In this document: one piece after another, positions 25,605 to 38,263 of the stretch
Layout of the letters: each line of letters opens with the position of its first letter
Numbering within the stretch: position 1 is the first letter of the stretch
Source: Eledone cirrhosa
Lineage: Eukaryota
DNA: 64,000 bases
Direction of reading: 5' to 3'
Assembly: GCA_964016885.1 (NCBI GenBank)
Contig: OZ024742.1
Location: 364,932,001 to 364,996,000, forward strand
Program-made: the position numbers and the translations under genes
Notes under the pieces: model-generated
Databases searched by the model: none
The model's input: the letters and a program-made list of their open reading frames with translations, nothing else
What the model was told of the DNA's origin: nothing

Positions 25605-25792
25605 TATTTATTAAAATAACAGATTAAATTTTAAGCAAAGAATCGCTGCTTTCACCCTTAACGGGATCTTCTGAAACTAACAAAGTCAATCTGTAAACGT
25701 TTACAGATTGACTTTGTTAGTTTCAGAAGATCCCGTTAAGGATGAAAGCAGCGATTCTTTGCTTAAAATTTAATCTGTTATTTTAATAAATA
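25605..25792. repeat. Spacerless palindrome with 94-bp arms
   Basis: Centre is aaac|gttt at 25698/25699. One mismatch was seen between the arms. Flanked by (TA)n and a ~70-bp tail. Confidence 0.95.
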
Positions 25793-25885
25793 TTTACTCT
25801 ACGGTTCTTATATATCTGATATATATTTATCCTTATCGAGCCCTCTTTGGATTTTAGTCTTCAAATTTATTATTATTACTATTAT

Positions 25886-25991
<106 letters not shown>

Positions 25992-26071
25992 GTGTGTGTG
26001 CATATATATATATATGTGTAACGGAGAAAGAGTTTTATATTTGTGCTTCTGTATTTGTCTTATATATATAT

Positions 26072-26512
26072 ATATACAATATATTAACAAATGGAAACTA
26101 TATTTATAAAACCATATTTATTTTATTATACATATTTCAAGGGCCACCAAGGCAAATTATGGTGCGCTTTCATCAGATAAAATACAATAAAGATTAGTTT
26201 TATAAATAAATATTGACATACCCTGAAAAAAGACAACCTTAACGGTTGGAGCTTCCTGGATAGCTTCCTGACTATCCAGGAAGCTCCAACCGTTAAGGTT
26301 GTCAATTTTCAGGGTATGTCAATATTTATTTATAGCGCACCATAATTTGCCTTGGTGGCCCTTGAAATATGTATAATAAAATAAATATGGTTTTATAAAT
26401 ATAGTTTCCATTTGTTAATACATTGTATATTTACTCCACTAAACTGTTGAGTGCTTTATATCAGTTATAAAAATGTTTAAGCTTGTTGAATCCCAACAAA
26501 TTAAATATAACC

Positions 26513-26515
<3 letters not shown>
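26072..26515. mobile_element. Fold-back hammerhead element
   Basis: Arms at 26072-26263 and 26272-26430, an 8-nt spacer, a tail containing ttgagtgct, and (TA)n on both sides. Confidence 0.85.
26119..26184 (-). ncRNA. Type I hammerhead ribozyme motif
   Basis: Reverse complement reads tattttat-CTGATGA-aag..cacca/tggtg..ctt-GAAAT atgt ATA-ataaaata. Stem I is a perfect 8 bp. Confidence 0.85.
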
Positions 26516-26590
<75 letters not shown>

Positions 26591-26977
26591 CAACAAAGAA
26601 GAGGGAGTGAGTGTATCTGTATTTACCTAATGCAATACAACTTCAGGTAAATATTGGTATGTAAATAATACAGGTATGTTTCGTTTTCTTTGAATTTAAG
26701 ACTATAATGTCTTATGTAGAATATACTGGAACTAATCAACATCTGAGACGTTTTAACTTGTTTTATATTCCATATCAGTGGTCCCATTGACAGAGTCGTT
26801 AGAGTGACAGATGGATTAATTTGTGCTATTTCTTGCCGTCCTGTGTGATCTGAGTTCAAATACATCAATGTTATCTTTGTCTTTCATATATTTGATGTCG
26901 GAAAATAAAGTAAAATTTCAAAAAAGGTTGATTCATTCTCTATATATTTTTCTCACTCTCCTCTCTCTCCACCAATA

Positions 26978-27017
<40 letters not shown>

Positions 27018-27024
27018 AGAAAAA

Positions 27025-27217
27025 GTATGACCCCGACGGCAGAGCTCAAGCCGTTTCGACGGCTATTTCTGGACTGAAATAGTCCAGAAATAGCCGTCGA
27101 AACGGCTTGAGCTCTGACGTCGGGGTCATACCTTTTCCTATTTCCCACTCTACTACCCTAAGTTTTGAGTACTCTGGTGCGTTATGGTCCATCTCGTTCC
27201 TTACCACAATTCCTTTG

Positions 27218-27220
<3 letters not shown>
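27025..27220. mobile_element. Small fold-back element (51-bp arms plus tail)
   Basis: Arms at 27025-27075 and 27081-27131. Related pieces lie at 19862-20000(-), 28096-28147, 48900-48948, 54120-54218 and 60210-60245(-). Confidence 0.85.
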
Positions 27221-27265
<45 letters not shown>

Positions 27266-27594
27266 ATTATAATGAAATGACAGGAGGCTGGATTTGTGTA
27301 AATCCTTGAAAGGTTTATTATACTATGATTATTTCAATGACCGGGTTCCGTATGAAATGATCATACTATAATAAACCGGTCATTGAAATGATCATAGTAT
27401 AATAAACCTTTCAGGGATTTACACAAGTCCAGCCTCCTGTCATTTCATTATAATATTTATCTCCGTAATAGCACCACCAACTACAAAAACGAAGACGGTT
27501 GAACTGCTTTACGTTGAGTACTCTCCATATTATTACATTAAGATTGACCATACGGAATTGACCAGCTCTGTCCAGTGGTGAACCTCAAACCTGA

Positions 27595-27595
<1 letters not shown>
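27266..27595. mobile_element. Fold-back element carrying the 3' half of a hammerhead
   Basis: Arms at 27266-27343 and 27376-27454. Contains GAAAT GATC ATA (palindromic stem III). The tail has gttgagtactct. Confidence 0.8.
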
Positions 27596-27630
<35 letters not shown>

Positions 27631-27756
27631 TGAGAAGTGTATATGAAAACATATAAACGCAATATATCATACATTTATATATAATAAACATATGATTAGG
27701 TTTACATGTTGTGATATACACATGTCTCTCTATGTCTTGCTGCAACTGCTTTTGTT

Positions 27757-27793
<37 letters not shown>

Positions 27794-27799
27794 CACCTT

Positions 27800-28054
27800 G
27801 ATCACCTTGACCGACCAGTCTGTTGGGCGCCAAGCGGCGCCGCTGGTCACAGCGCATCGTGCTGTTTTAGCCATAAGATAACGCCATCCCACTGGCTGGG
27901 CGGGAAGGCCGGTACTCATTTCTACAGCTGAGTAAACTGGAGCAACGTGAAATAAAGTGACTTACTCAAGGAAACATCACATCACCCGGTCCGAGGATTG
28001 AAGTCACAACCTTTCGATTGCAAGCCCAATGCTTTAACCACTAAGCCATGCGCC

Positions 28055-28057
<3 letters not shown>
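27800..28057 (-). mobile_element. tRNA-derived SINE
   Basis: Reverse complement begins gaaggcgcatggcttagtggtta.., the same head and core as 20425. Confidence 0.85.
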
Positions 28058-28097
<40 letters not shown>

Positions 28098-28142
28098 CCG
28101 TCGAAACGGCTTGAGCTCAGCCGTCGGGGTTTTACTTACTCC

Positions 28143-28218
<76 letters not shown>

Positions 28219-28521
28219 GTATGTATAATGTATGTATGTATGTATATATGTATGTATGTATGTATAATGTATGTATGTATGTATGTATGTTCTTCTGGTT
28301 TTATAATTTTACAAAGTTTTACCAATAGAGAGAGAGTCGGTTTCTAACATAGACACAATACTCTCTCATTGGAATTTACACAACATCAACTAGGTAGATA
28401 TGTATGTATGTCTGCATGCATGTGTAGATATGGATGTTATTGTATGTGTGGATGTGTATGTTTTGAGTTTTATGTGTGCATGTGTATATGCTTTGTATCT
28501 GTACATGTCTATATGCAGTTA

Positions 28522-28912
28522 TTAGATGCAACATTTTTGGAATGTTTTACATATTTTTACTGTTCCATTAATGGATTGTACTTGTAATTTCCTAACTAGT
28601 TGTGTTCTTTCTGTTTCTGTGAAGCCTAGCTTCTCAAGATTTGTATTGAGGCAGTTACTAACACACCCCAGTACCCCAATAATCAAAGGCATAAATCTGA
28701 AGGTGTAATCAGGGTGGAGTATCTGCAGATTTCTCATCAGTTCTGCATAAATATTCTCCTTTTCACTAATCTTTGATATTATATTGGCATCTGCTGGGCA
28801 GCTAATTTCCACTACTGTGCATGTTTTCTTCTCCTTGTCCCATATCATAATATCTGGTCTGTTATGCCTGCATTTTATTGGGGTTTTTACTGGAACATTC
28901 CAGCAGTACACT
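28522..28912 (-). mobile_element. REL endonuclease fragment of a third R4/Dong-like LINE
   Basis: WNVPVKT..HNRPDIMIWD..VEISCP..EKENIYAEL..PLIIGVLG. Confidence 0.85.
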
Positions 28913-28918
28913 TTCATG

Positions 28919-28949
<31 letters not shown>

Positions 28950-30147
28950 GTATGTATGTATGTATGTATGTATGTATATATATATATTGACACTTATACG
29001 TACGACATACACACACACGCATACATATGCGCGCACACAGCAACACTCATACATACAACAAACACACACACACGCTACTCTACTCACTTACACGCACACA
29101 CACACATATATATATATATTACCGTCATTACTCATACAAGATTACAAGATTATGTCAACTGTTGACTTTCAAGAGTTTGTATAGTTGAAGCCGGTCGTAT
29201 TACAGTCCAGTATTACTATAATTGCTTTACAGCATAGAGTTATGGCTCTACACGGAGTCAACAAAAGAGAGTACCAGTGATGCGCTAGGCCAGTCGCTGG
29301 ATCCGTGCCAAAAGCAGAAAAATTATTATTAAAGTTGTTCTTAAGGCCAGGTCGCTGGTGATGGTGATGGCGGTGGCGGTGGCGGTGGTGGTGGTGATGG
29401 CAGTTGATGTTGTTGTTGTGTTGTGTGTGTGTGTGTGTTTTGTTATTTTGAGTTGTTTTTTTTTTTCCTTTCTTTTTTTTTTTTTTTCCCCTTGCCCTTT
29501 TCTTTTTTCTTTTCCCTTCCTTTTTTTATGTTTTGATGCCGCTGTTGTTGTTGTTGTTGTAATTGTTGTAAATGTTCATTTCAGTTCATTCTGAAGCTGT
29601 TGTTGCTGTAAACATTAGTGCCGGTGTTGTTGTTGTTGTAGATGTTGGGGTTGAAATCTGGTTGTTTGACTGAGTGATGTATATACACACATATACATAC
29701 ACACATATATATATATATACATTCAACAGAGAGTAGAGAGTTTGACAACAGGTCGATGACTTTAGTCTCGATAGGGTATGGTATGGTAATGACATGTGAT
29801 GGTGGGGAGAGGGTGTAGACGTTATTGTGGTGGTGGGGACAGTGAGATGTATCTAGTTCATTTGACCGTTTTCTTCTCTTAGCAAAATTTGAATTCTAGC
29901 CATGTTATATTGAGATGTAAGTAAATGTAAAATATAAATAAGGATTGCTCTGCTAAAATATACGAAAATATTTGTGTAATTTCCACAAACTTCTGTCGTG
30001 ACATTCCCGAGTCCAGTGACCAAAAAATTGTTGTATTTTGATGTTTCAGAATACAAAAATTAATTAAAAACTTACCCCACGAAAAGACAGCGTGTGTTGT
30101 CCTATCTATAAGCTGCCTCATACATTTTTTTTTTTTTTTTTTTTTTT

Positions 30148-30435
30148 TGCGCGGGGACATAGAAATAATCGGGCTGGATGCCCGATCGCGCAGTTAAACA
30201 CACTGGGAGTGAAGAACCCCTAGCCCTTGTCAGGGTGTTCTTCTAGGAGAAGGCATCTCAGGAAACTGGGTTAACTCCGATATAAAACCTGCGGCTCAGT
30301 AGTTACCGATGATGTTGATCTTTTCTTCTTTTCGGGTTATAGCTACTGTCGCTCAGAGAGTGGGATTGGCTCAGTGCACAGTCTTTCCTCACTTTAAAAA
30401 TATTCGTCACGCACAGGCATTGCACGGGTGCATTA
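30148..30435 (+). mobile_element. RTE-type 5' UTR segment
   Basis: cccctagcccttgtcagg..ctaggagaagg..aactccgatataaaacctgc..gatgatgttgatctttt is homologous to 63895-64000 and to the reverse complement of 23060-23170. Confidence 0.65.
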
Positions 30436-30454
30436 ATAATTATTAATAGTGTAC

Positions 30455-32100
30455 TATTATTATTATTATTATTATTGTTATTGTTATTCCTTGAATCTCA
30501 GTCATTGATGTTGGTTAACTGGAAAGTCCGTTGGATTGAATATCAAGCCACTACCTGCAGCCTCAGATATTCAGGACGTATCGGAGGGTTCTTGCCGTTC
30601 CAAGCAAGCATGCCTTTTGAAGCGTTCCAAAAAGCGTGAAGGGGCCGATTTTCTTTAACCATCCCTGGAAACCTTTGGAGATAGTCCCCAGTGCGCCTAT
30701 GACAATCGGGATCACTTTGACTTCATGGCAGTTCCAAATCCTTTTCACCTCCCACTTTAGGTCCTGGTATCGGTTAATTTTCTCCCTCTCCTTCTCTTGC
30801 ACTCTCGTGTCGAACGGGCAGGCCACATCCACAATCAGGCACGATCTTTTTTCTTTGTCCACAACCACCAGGTCAGGTCTATTGTGCTCCAGTTTTTTGT
30901 CCGTCTGTATCCTAAAATCCCACAGCACCTTCACCTGACTGTTCTCCATCACCGCCTCTGGCCTATGCTCATACCATTTCTCAGAATGTGGTAGATTGTT
31001 TACTTTGCACAGGTGCCAGTGGATCACCCTGCCCATCACATCGTGTCTCCAGCCCTTATAGTGGGTCTGGGCTAGGTGTTTACACTCGGACACAATGTGA
31101 GCCACAGTCTCCTCTCTCTCTCCACAGATCCTGCACAGTGGGCTAGCCTCCTCCTTGTAGATATGGTGCTTCAACCACTTCGTTTTGAGGGCCTGCTCCT
31201 GCGCAGCCATTAGCATTCCTTCTGTAGCCTTTTTGAGGTCTCCTCTTCTCAACCAGTTCCATGTCTGTGGATCTCTAAATTCAGTTTTCTCAAAGAAGGT
31301 ACTATGAAGGGATTTTCCCTTAAGTCTGCTCTTTCTCCTTGATGTTATTTCCTCCTTGGGTATCCCCTGGCCTACTGTCCCCTCCTTCAGTACAGCTCTG
31401 AGCATTGGCTCCTTACTATAGGTCACGTATTTGTATAGGTTGTTTTTCTCCATCTGAACACAGTCCTCTATGCTGATAAGACCTCTTCCACCCTCAGATC
31501 TCCTTAGGTAGAGTCTATCGACATCACTCCTCTTGTGGAACATGTTGTAGATAGTCAATAGCTTCCTAGTCTTCCTATCCATTTCTTTTTGTTCAGCAAC
31601 ATTCCATCTCAGAATTCCCGCACTGTACCTAATAATAGACACAGCTCGGGAATTTACTGCGCTTATGGCATTTCTGCTGTTCAGATGTGACTTCAATACG
31701 CTCCTTACTCTCCGAATGTATTCAGTTCTTAACAATTCCTTCATTTTTTTGTTCTTTATGCCATCAGCCTCCAGAACGCCCAAATACTTGTATCCTTCCT
31801 CAGAGTCAATTTCCTTTATCATCTCACCTGTTGGTATCTGGATCCCGTTACCTCTGCTCAACCTACCCCTCCTCATCACAATGACTCCACATTTACCAAT
31901 ACCAAACTGCATACATATATCACTGCTGAAAATACGGACAGTGTCAACAAGCACATCCAACTCCTTCTCACTTTTCCCGAAGAGCTTAAGATCGTCCATG
32001 AAGAGGAGGTGATTGATGGTAAGCTCTCCCCTTCCCAACTTGTATCCTGCTCTCACTTTTCGCAGCATAATGGTCAAGGGCATCAGGGCAAGGACAAATT
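30455..32100 (-). mobile_element. Dong family B LINE, 5'-truncated, open 506-aa C-terminal ORF
   Basis: ORF 30563-32083 has FMDD, a zinc knuckle, RHD and REL, and is highly similar to 13370-14975. (TAA)n flanks both sides. Confidence 0.93.
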
Positions 32101-32164
32101 ATTATTATTATTATTATTATTACTATTATTATTACTTTTTTTTTTTTTTTTTTTTTCCAATTCA

Positions 32165-35100
32165 ATGATGTTCCAGAACAATGTAAACGAGGTAATTGCC
32201 AATTTGGGTTCTGGAACAAAAAAGATCATTGGCAATAAGGGCAGGGGCCCCAAGTTATCACAACCTGGGCCCGCCCGTCATCGTGCCATTGTAATAGAGC
32301 CAAACAGGGCATTTAGTCTTGGCTGCTGGAACGTACGGACGCTGCTTGACAGGGATTCTTTGGAGCGTCCTGAACGAAGGACCGCTCTTGTTGCAAAGGA
32401 GCTTCGACGTTACGATCTTGACATCGTGGCTTTATCTGAGATGAGGTTAGCTGGAGATGGTCATCTTACGGAATTTTGTGGAGAATATACATTCTTCTGG
32501 AAAGGAAGAGATGAAGGAACCAGAAGAGAGGCTGGGGTAGGATTTGCTGTTAAGACTGTACTGGTGAATAAATTAGAAGAATTCCCAGTAGGGATTAGTG
32601 AGAGTCTTATGTCCATGAGAGTTCCGCTGGACAAGGGAAGATATGCTACCCTGGTGAGTGTGTATGCTCCAACTATGAATTCTGTCGATGAAGAAAAACT
32701 GTCCTTTTACCATGCCTTGAAAGGTGTTCTAAGAAATATCCCTCAGGCAGACAAAGTCATCGTGCTTGGTGACTTTAATGCTATAGTGGGTAGGGATTTT
32801 AACACATGGAATGTAATCGGAAGGCATGGGGTGGGAAAGTGTAACAGCAATGGTATGCTCTTGCTGCAGATGTGTGAGGAGCTGGATCTGTGTGTTACCA
32901 ACACCATGTTCCAACAAAAGAACAAATTCAAGACCACATGGATGCATCCTGCATCTAAGGAATGGCATCTTTTGGATTACGTCCTAGTCAGGATGCGTGA
33001 CAGACAGGATGTGCAGTGTGTTCGTGTTCTTCGTGGAGCTGAGTGCTGGACGGACCACCGCCTGGTACGCGCAAAAGTGAATCTAATCACCAAACGTAAA
33101 ATCCGGGCTCCTGGTGTTACCCTGCCCAAAAGATTGAATGCTGCTCGTCTTAAGGATAAAAATGTGAAGAGGACATTGGAAGAAGAGATGCAGGCTGCAG
33201 ATCTTGGTGAGGATTGGCCGATCCTTAAAAAGTCGGTTTATGATGTAGGCAGACGTGTTCTGGGATTGGTGCAGAGAAAACATCAGGACTGGTTTAATGA
33301 GAATGATGTACATATAGAAGACTTGTTGGCTGATAAGAGGCGTGCTCTGTCACGCTACTTGACGGCAAAACCACAGGAGAGGAATACGTTGCATGAGGAG
33401 CTCAGGGATGTAAAATCACGTGTTAGGCGGAGTCTTTCTCAGATGAAGGATCAGTGGTGGAGTGAGAAGGCTGCTGAGATACAAACTGCGTCTGATTGCA
33501 ATAACACAAAGCTGTTGTACAGTCTCTTGCGTGAGGTTTATGGACCGTCTTCTTCTCTGGTGACACCGATTCGCAGCAAGGATGGCAAAGAACTTCTTCG
33601 TGACTCACAGGGAATTCTACGAAGATGGCGAGAGAACTTTGATGATCTTTTGAATCAGCCGTCTATCGTCAGTGAAGATTTCCTCAATCTCATTCCGGAA
33701 AGTCCTGTGAAAGTAGCTCTCCCAGAACCTCCGACGCTTGTGGAGGTTGCAGTGGCTATTTCGAAGCTGAACAGTGGAAGATCTCCAGGTATGGATGGCA
33801 TACATGCTGAGCTCCTACAATATGGTGGTGAGAGTCTCCTGCAACATCTTCACTCTCTGTTTGGAAGGATATGGGCTAATGAATCCGTGCCTGAGGACTG
33901 GAGAGATGCAGTAATGGTGGTCTTGTACAAGGGAAAGGGTAACAGGAATGATTGTGGGAACTACAGAGGTATATCATTGCTTTCTGTCGTAAGGAAAGTT
34001 TTATGTAGGGTGCTTCTGGACCGTCTGCTGACACACATTGCAGATTGTGTCCTTCCTGAAAGTCAATCTGGTTTTCGTGCTGGACGCGGCACTACTGATA
34101 TGATCTTCTCAGCTAGACAGCACCAGGAGAAGTGCACTGAACAGGGCTTGGATCTGTATCAGGTTTTTGTCGATCTGACAAAGGCTTTCGATACTGTCAA
34201 CAGAGATGCATTATGGAAGGTTCTCCAGAAACTTGGTTGCCCTGATAAGTTCCTTGCGTTAGTTAGGTCTTTCCATGACGACATGAAGGCTTGGGTCAAT
34301 GTCGGAGGTAACATGTCGGAGCCTATCTCAGTAAAAAATGGAGTGAAACAGGGGGATATTCCAGCACCGACCCTGTTTGCCATATACTTTGCAATGGTTT
34401 TCTGTATTGCATTCAGGAATTGCGAGCATGGTGTTTACATCCGATATCGAACCTCAGGCAGCATATTTAACATCAGGCGCTTTGCTGCGAAGACAAAAGT
34501 ATTTACATCAGTCATAAGAGACCTCTTGTATGCAGATGATTGCGATCTTGTAGCGCACACAGAGAGTGATATGCAGCACATTTTGAATGTATTTTCTGAC
34601 GCTTGCACTGCCCTGGGTTTGACTGTCAGTCTCAAGAAAACCGTCGTCATGTACCAACCTGCCCCTAGTAGGCAGTACACTGAACCAAACATCTATGTGT
34701 ATGGCAAACGACTTGGAGTGGTTGATCAGTTTGTCTACCTGGGAAGCACTGTCAATCGATACGGCAACCTTGACAGTGAAATCTCACTTAGGATTAGGAA
34801 AGCAAGTGATGCTTTCGGAAAGCTAGAAAGGCGACTCTGGGGTCGGCGAGACATATGCAGGAGGACAAAGGTAAGGGTGTACAGGGCATGTGTACTCTGT
34901 TGTCTTCTTTATGCCTGCGAGACCTGGGTCACATATCGACAACACCTTAAGCAATTGGAGCGTTTCCATCAGATGTGTCTCAGACGGATCCATGGCGTTC
35001 ACTGGAGGGACCACATCAGTGATGTCGAGATTTTGGAAAGCTCTATGTGTGACAGTATAGAAGCTCTTGTGCTTAAGCAACGACTCCGTTGGAGTGGTCA

Positions 35101-35710
35101 CCTTGCCAGGATGAAGTATTCTAGAATACCAAAACAACTCTTCTATGGAGAGTTGGTTAAAGGAAAACGACCGCCACATAAACCAAAAAAGAGGTATAAG
35201 GATTCCTTGAAAGCCTCTCTGTAAGACGCTAACATCTCTGCTGATACATGGGAAAATATTGCTGCTGATCGTAATAAATGGAGAAAGACTGTATATGAGG
35301 CAAAAGTTGCCTTTGAGGCATCTCGAATCGCACACGAGAAAGTAAAGCGGGACGTGAGGAAGGGCATTGCTGTTGCACTTCCAGACGGCGAGGGTCCTCC
35401 TATGGTTCTGACATGCAGCGTCTGTGCGAGACTCTGCCTAAGCAAAGCTGGGCTCGAAAGTCATCTTCGCAGTCATAAAGTAAGACCAATGGTTGACTAC
35501 CAGGCTGCTGTTGGAGATGCTACTCATCATGCTTGCCAAACATGTGGTGGAGAATGTAAATCAGCAGGAGGGCTCAAGCGACATGCAAAAGTACACGAAC
35601 TCCAACCACAGCCGACTATTCCCAGTGAATGTTTTGGTTGCCGACTCTGTGCAAGACATTTTAGATCTTTGGCTGGGCTAAAAAGCCACATTCGATCGCA
35701 GCACTGTTAG
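32165..35710 (+). pseudogene. RTE-clade LINE ORF (APE endonuclease + RT + 3 C2H2 fingers) with one in-frame stop
   Basis: WNVRTL, SE.R, GVGF, YAPT, GDFNA, LDY and TDH (APE), then NYRGISLLS, VDLTKAFD, GVKQG and YADD (RT). TAA at 35222 is followed in frame by WENIAADRNKWR and the 35354-35710 zinc-finger ORF. Ends at (GT)n. Confidence 0.93.
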
Positions 35711-35716
35711 TTGCTA

Positions 35717-35792
<76 letters not shown>

Positions 35793-35871
35793 GCTTATGT
35801 GCGTGCGTGTGTGTGTATATATATATGAATATGTATATTATTATTGTTGTTGTCGTTATTATTATTATTGC

Positions 35872-35908
<37 letters not shown>

Positions 35909-35972
35909 GTTATTAATGTATGTGTGTATATATGTGTGAGTGTATGTGTATGTATGTGTGTATGTATATATG

Positions 35973-36007
<35 letters not shown>

Positions 36008-37025
36008 AAAAAGGGATGAAATCGAAAATGCAACTGAAGTCTTATTTTTTTTAAAAATATATATATTTATTTGGTTCCTTTACCGGTTTCGCAGTTCTTC
36101 TGCTTTTCAAAAGGTGAGTTGAGATGGAGGGTCTGTGGTTTTTCTCACATCTGGTTAGTCTCTAAATGTTACTTGTTTTATATGGAAAAACTGGCTCGAA
36201 AACCAGGTTTTTCGAGAAGTAATTTGATTGGTTTGTCAATAATTATAATAAATTTCGCGCCAGTTCGCGTTACAATAGTTCTTCAAATAAGAGAGGGGGG
36301 GGGGGGGGGGTTGTCACAGGTTGTTTTTTCATATATGAGTGTTTGAATTTCTTTTTACTTGAAAAAATGAGGCTCACGAAGGCTTTTTTTTGGTTGGTTA
36401 TAAATGAAATTTGGCTGTCACGTGAACAAGTTTTCATTACATTTTTGCGCCCTTATTGGGAAAACTATTCTGTAGTCTTTATAGTGAATGTTATGACAAT
36501 GGAGAGATAGTGGTCAAGGGAAAAGGGATTGGGAGAAATGTTCTGTTTCAGTGAATATGGCCAGTTGTCAGAGTTCAGGTGTCAGAGTTCAGATTTTCTA
36601 TTGAGACTGAAGATATGTGTTTATTTGTGTGCTTGTGTGTGTGTATATGTGTGTGTGAGTGTGTGTATGTGTGTAGCAAGGGTTGGGGGAAGAACGGGGT
36701 TGCATGTTCAGGAAGAGGTGCGTGTGGGGTGTGGTGTAGATCGGAGTGTGTGTGCGTGTGTGGATAGAGGGGTGGGGGAGAGGAATCCGGAGGCTGAATG
36801 TGTAAATATGTGGTGGAATGCACGTGTGTGTGTGGTGTATAAGCGTGATGTCGGTGTAGGTGGCGTGTGGAAAAAAAGTTTTTTTGGGGTGTGTGTGTGG
36901 GTGAGTCATAAAGGTGATTACGTAAGAAGATGTGGTGGAATGGTTAGTAAAATCCTAGGATGGTAGTTGATTCCGGGGTCAAGGTCCAAGAGAGAGAGAG
37001 AGAGAGAGGAGGAGAGAGAGAGAGG

Positions 37026-37103
<78 letters not shown>

Positions 37104-37245
37104 ATAAGTAAAAGCGAAGTAGTTTCAGATGTTCAAGTCCTTTAATAATAATGCTGTGATATATATATATATATATACATATGTCCCAAGGCTCTGATAC
37201 CATCAACACTATAAATACAGAGCTGGCATATCTAAGAACTGACTA

Positions 37246-37301
37246 ACTGCCTGATGAGGTCATAGCCACTCAATGGCTATCATCGAAATAAATATAGCAG
37301 T
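37246..37301 (+). ncRNA. Minimal type I hammerhead ribozyme motif
   Basis: actgc-CTGATGA-ggt c atagcca ctcaa tggctat c atc-GAAAT aaat ATA-gcagt. All core positions are canonical. Confidence 0.88.
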
Positions 37302-37439
37302 AAATAAACGATTATGAGTTCATGCAATTGACTTATGTTTCGTCACTAATGCGACGAAATGCCTACGACGGTTGGATGGCCACTGATGAGGACAAACTTG
37401 TTCATATGTAACCCATTTGCAGCGCGCAGCTCCATTATT

Positions 37440-37489
<50 letters not shown>

Positions 37490-37688
37490 ATATACATAGT
37501 GTAGGTTATTCAATGAAATAGTGGTGGTACCTCAACAAAAACTCTATACACAGCCATAGTTAATACAAAAAAAAAACAAACGATGAAATTTCGTTTAAAT
37601 GAATTTAGAAACAATAAAAATCTTAATCCAATTAAGCGAAACACCATCGTTCTGTATATATATATATACGTGTGTATGTATGTGTGTG

Positions 37689-37757
<69 letters not shown>

Positions 37758-37780
37758 ATGTATGTGTGTGTATATGAGAG

Positions 37781-37819
<39 letters not shown>

Positions 37820-37867
37820 GAAAAAGTGGAGAATAACATGGTCAACAGTACAAAAATGGGGATTTAT

Positions 37868-37982
37868 TTGCATTCTAACAATTGTTTCACTGATAGAGTT
37901 GTCTAAAAATTGCTGAACACTAAAAACAGTGCCACTCAATGTTAAATACGATCTTAACTCTACTAGATCATCAGAAAAGCAA
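37868..37982 (-). ncRNA. Type I hammerhead motif with extended stem II
   Basis: Reverse complement reads ttgctttt-CTGATGA-tctagtagagtt...aactctatcagt-GAAAC aatt GTT-agaatgcaa. Stem III is the palindrome AACAATTGTT. Confidence 0.75.
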
Positions 37983-38075
37983 CGCTGTACGCTAAAACTA
38001 TCCATAATAATTAATATTCACAACCTCTAATTGGATTACCTTTAACGATATTTTGTTATCCTTTATATATATATA

Positions 38076-38134
<59 letters not shown>

Positions 38135-38173
38135 ATGTGTATGTATGTGTATATATATATATCTACATCTATC

Positions 38174-38263
<90 letters not shown>

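Noticed and set aside
32009-32164. N-terminal extension of the 1071-aa ORF (poly-L/F hydrophobic stretch)
   Set aside because: It derives from the antisense Dong fragment, (TTA)n and poly-T, and is not a signal peptide or TM helix.
35354-35710. Stand-alone host C2H2 zinc-finger gene
   Set aside because: It is in frame with the RTE ORF beyond a single stop and is therefore part of the LINE.
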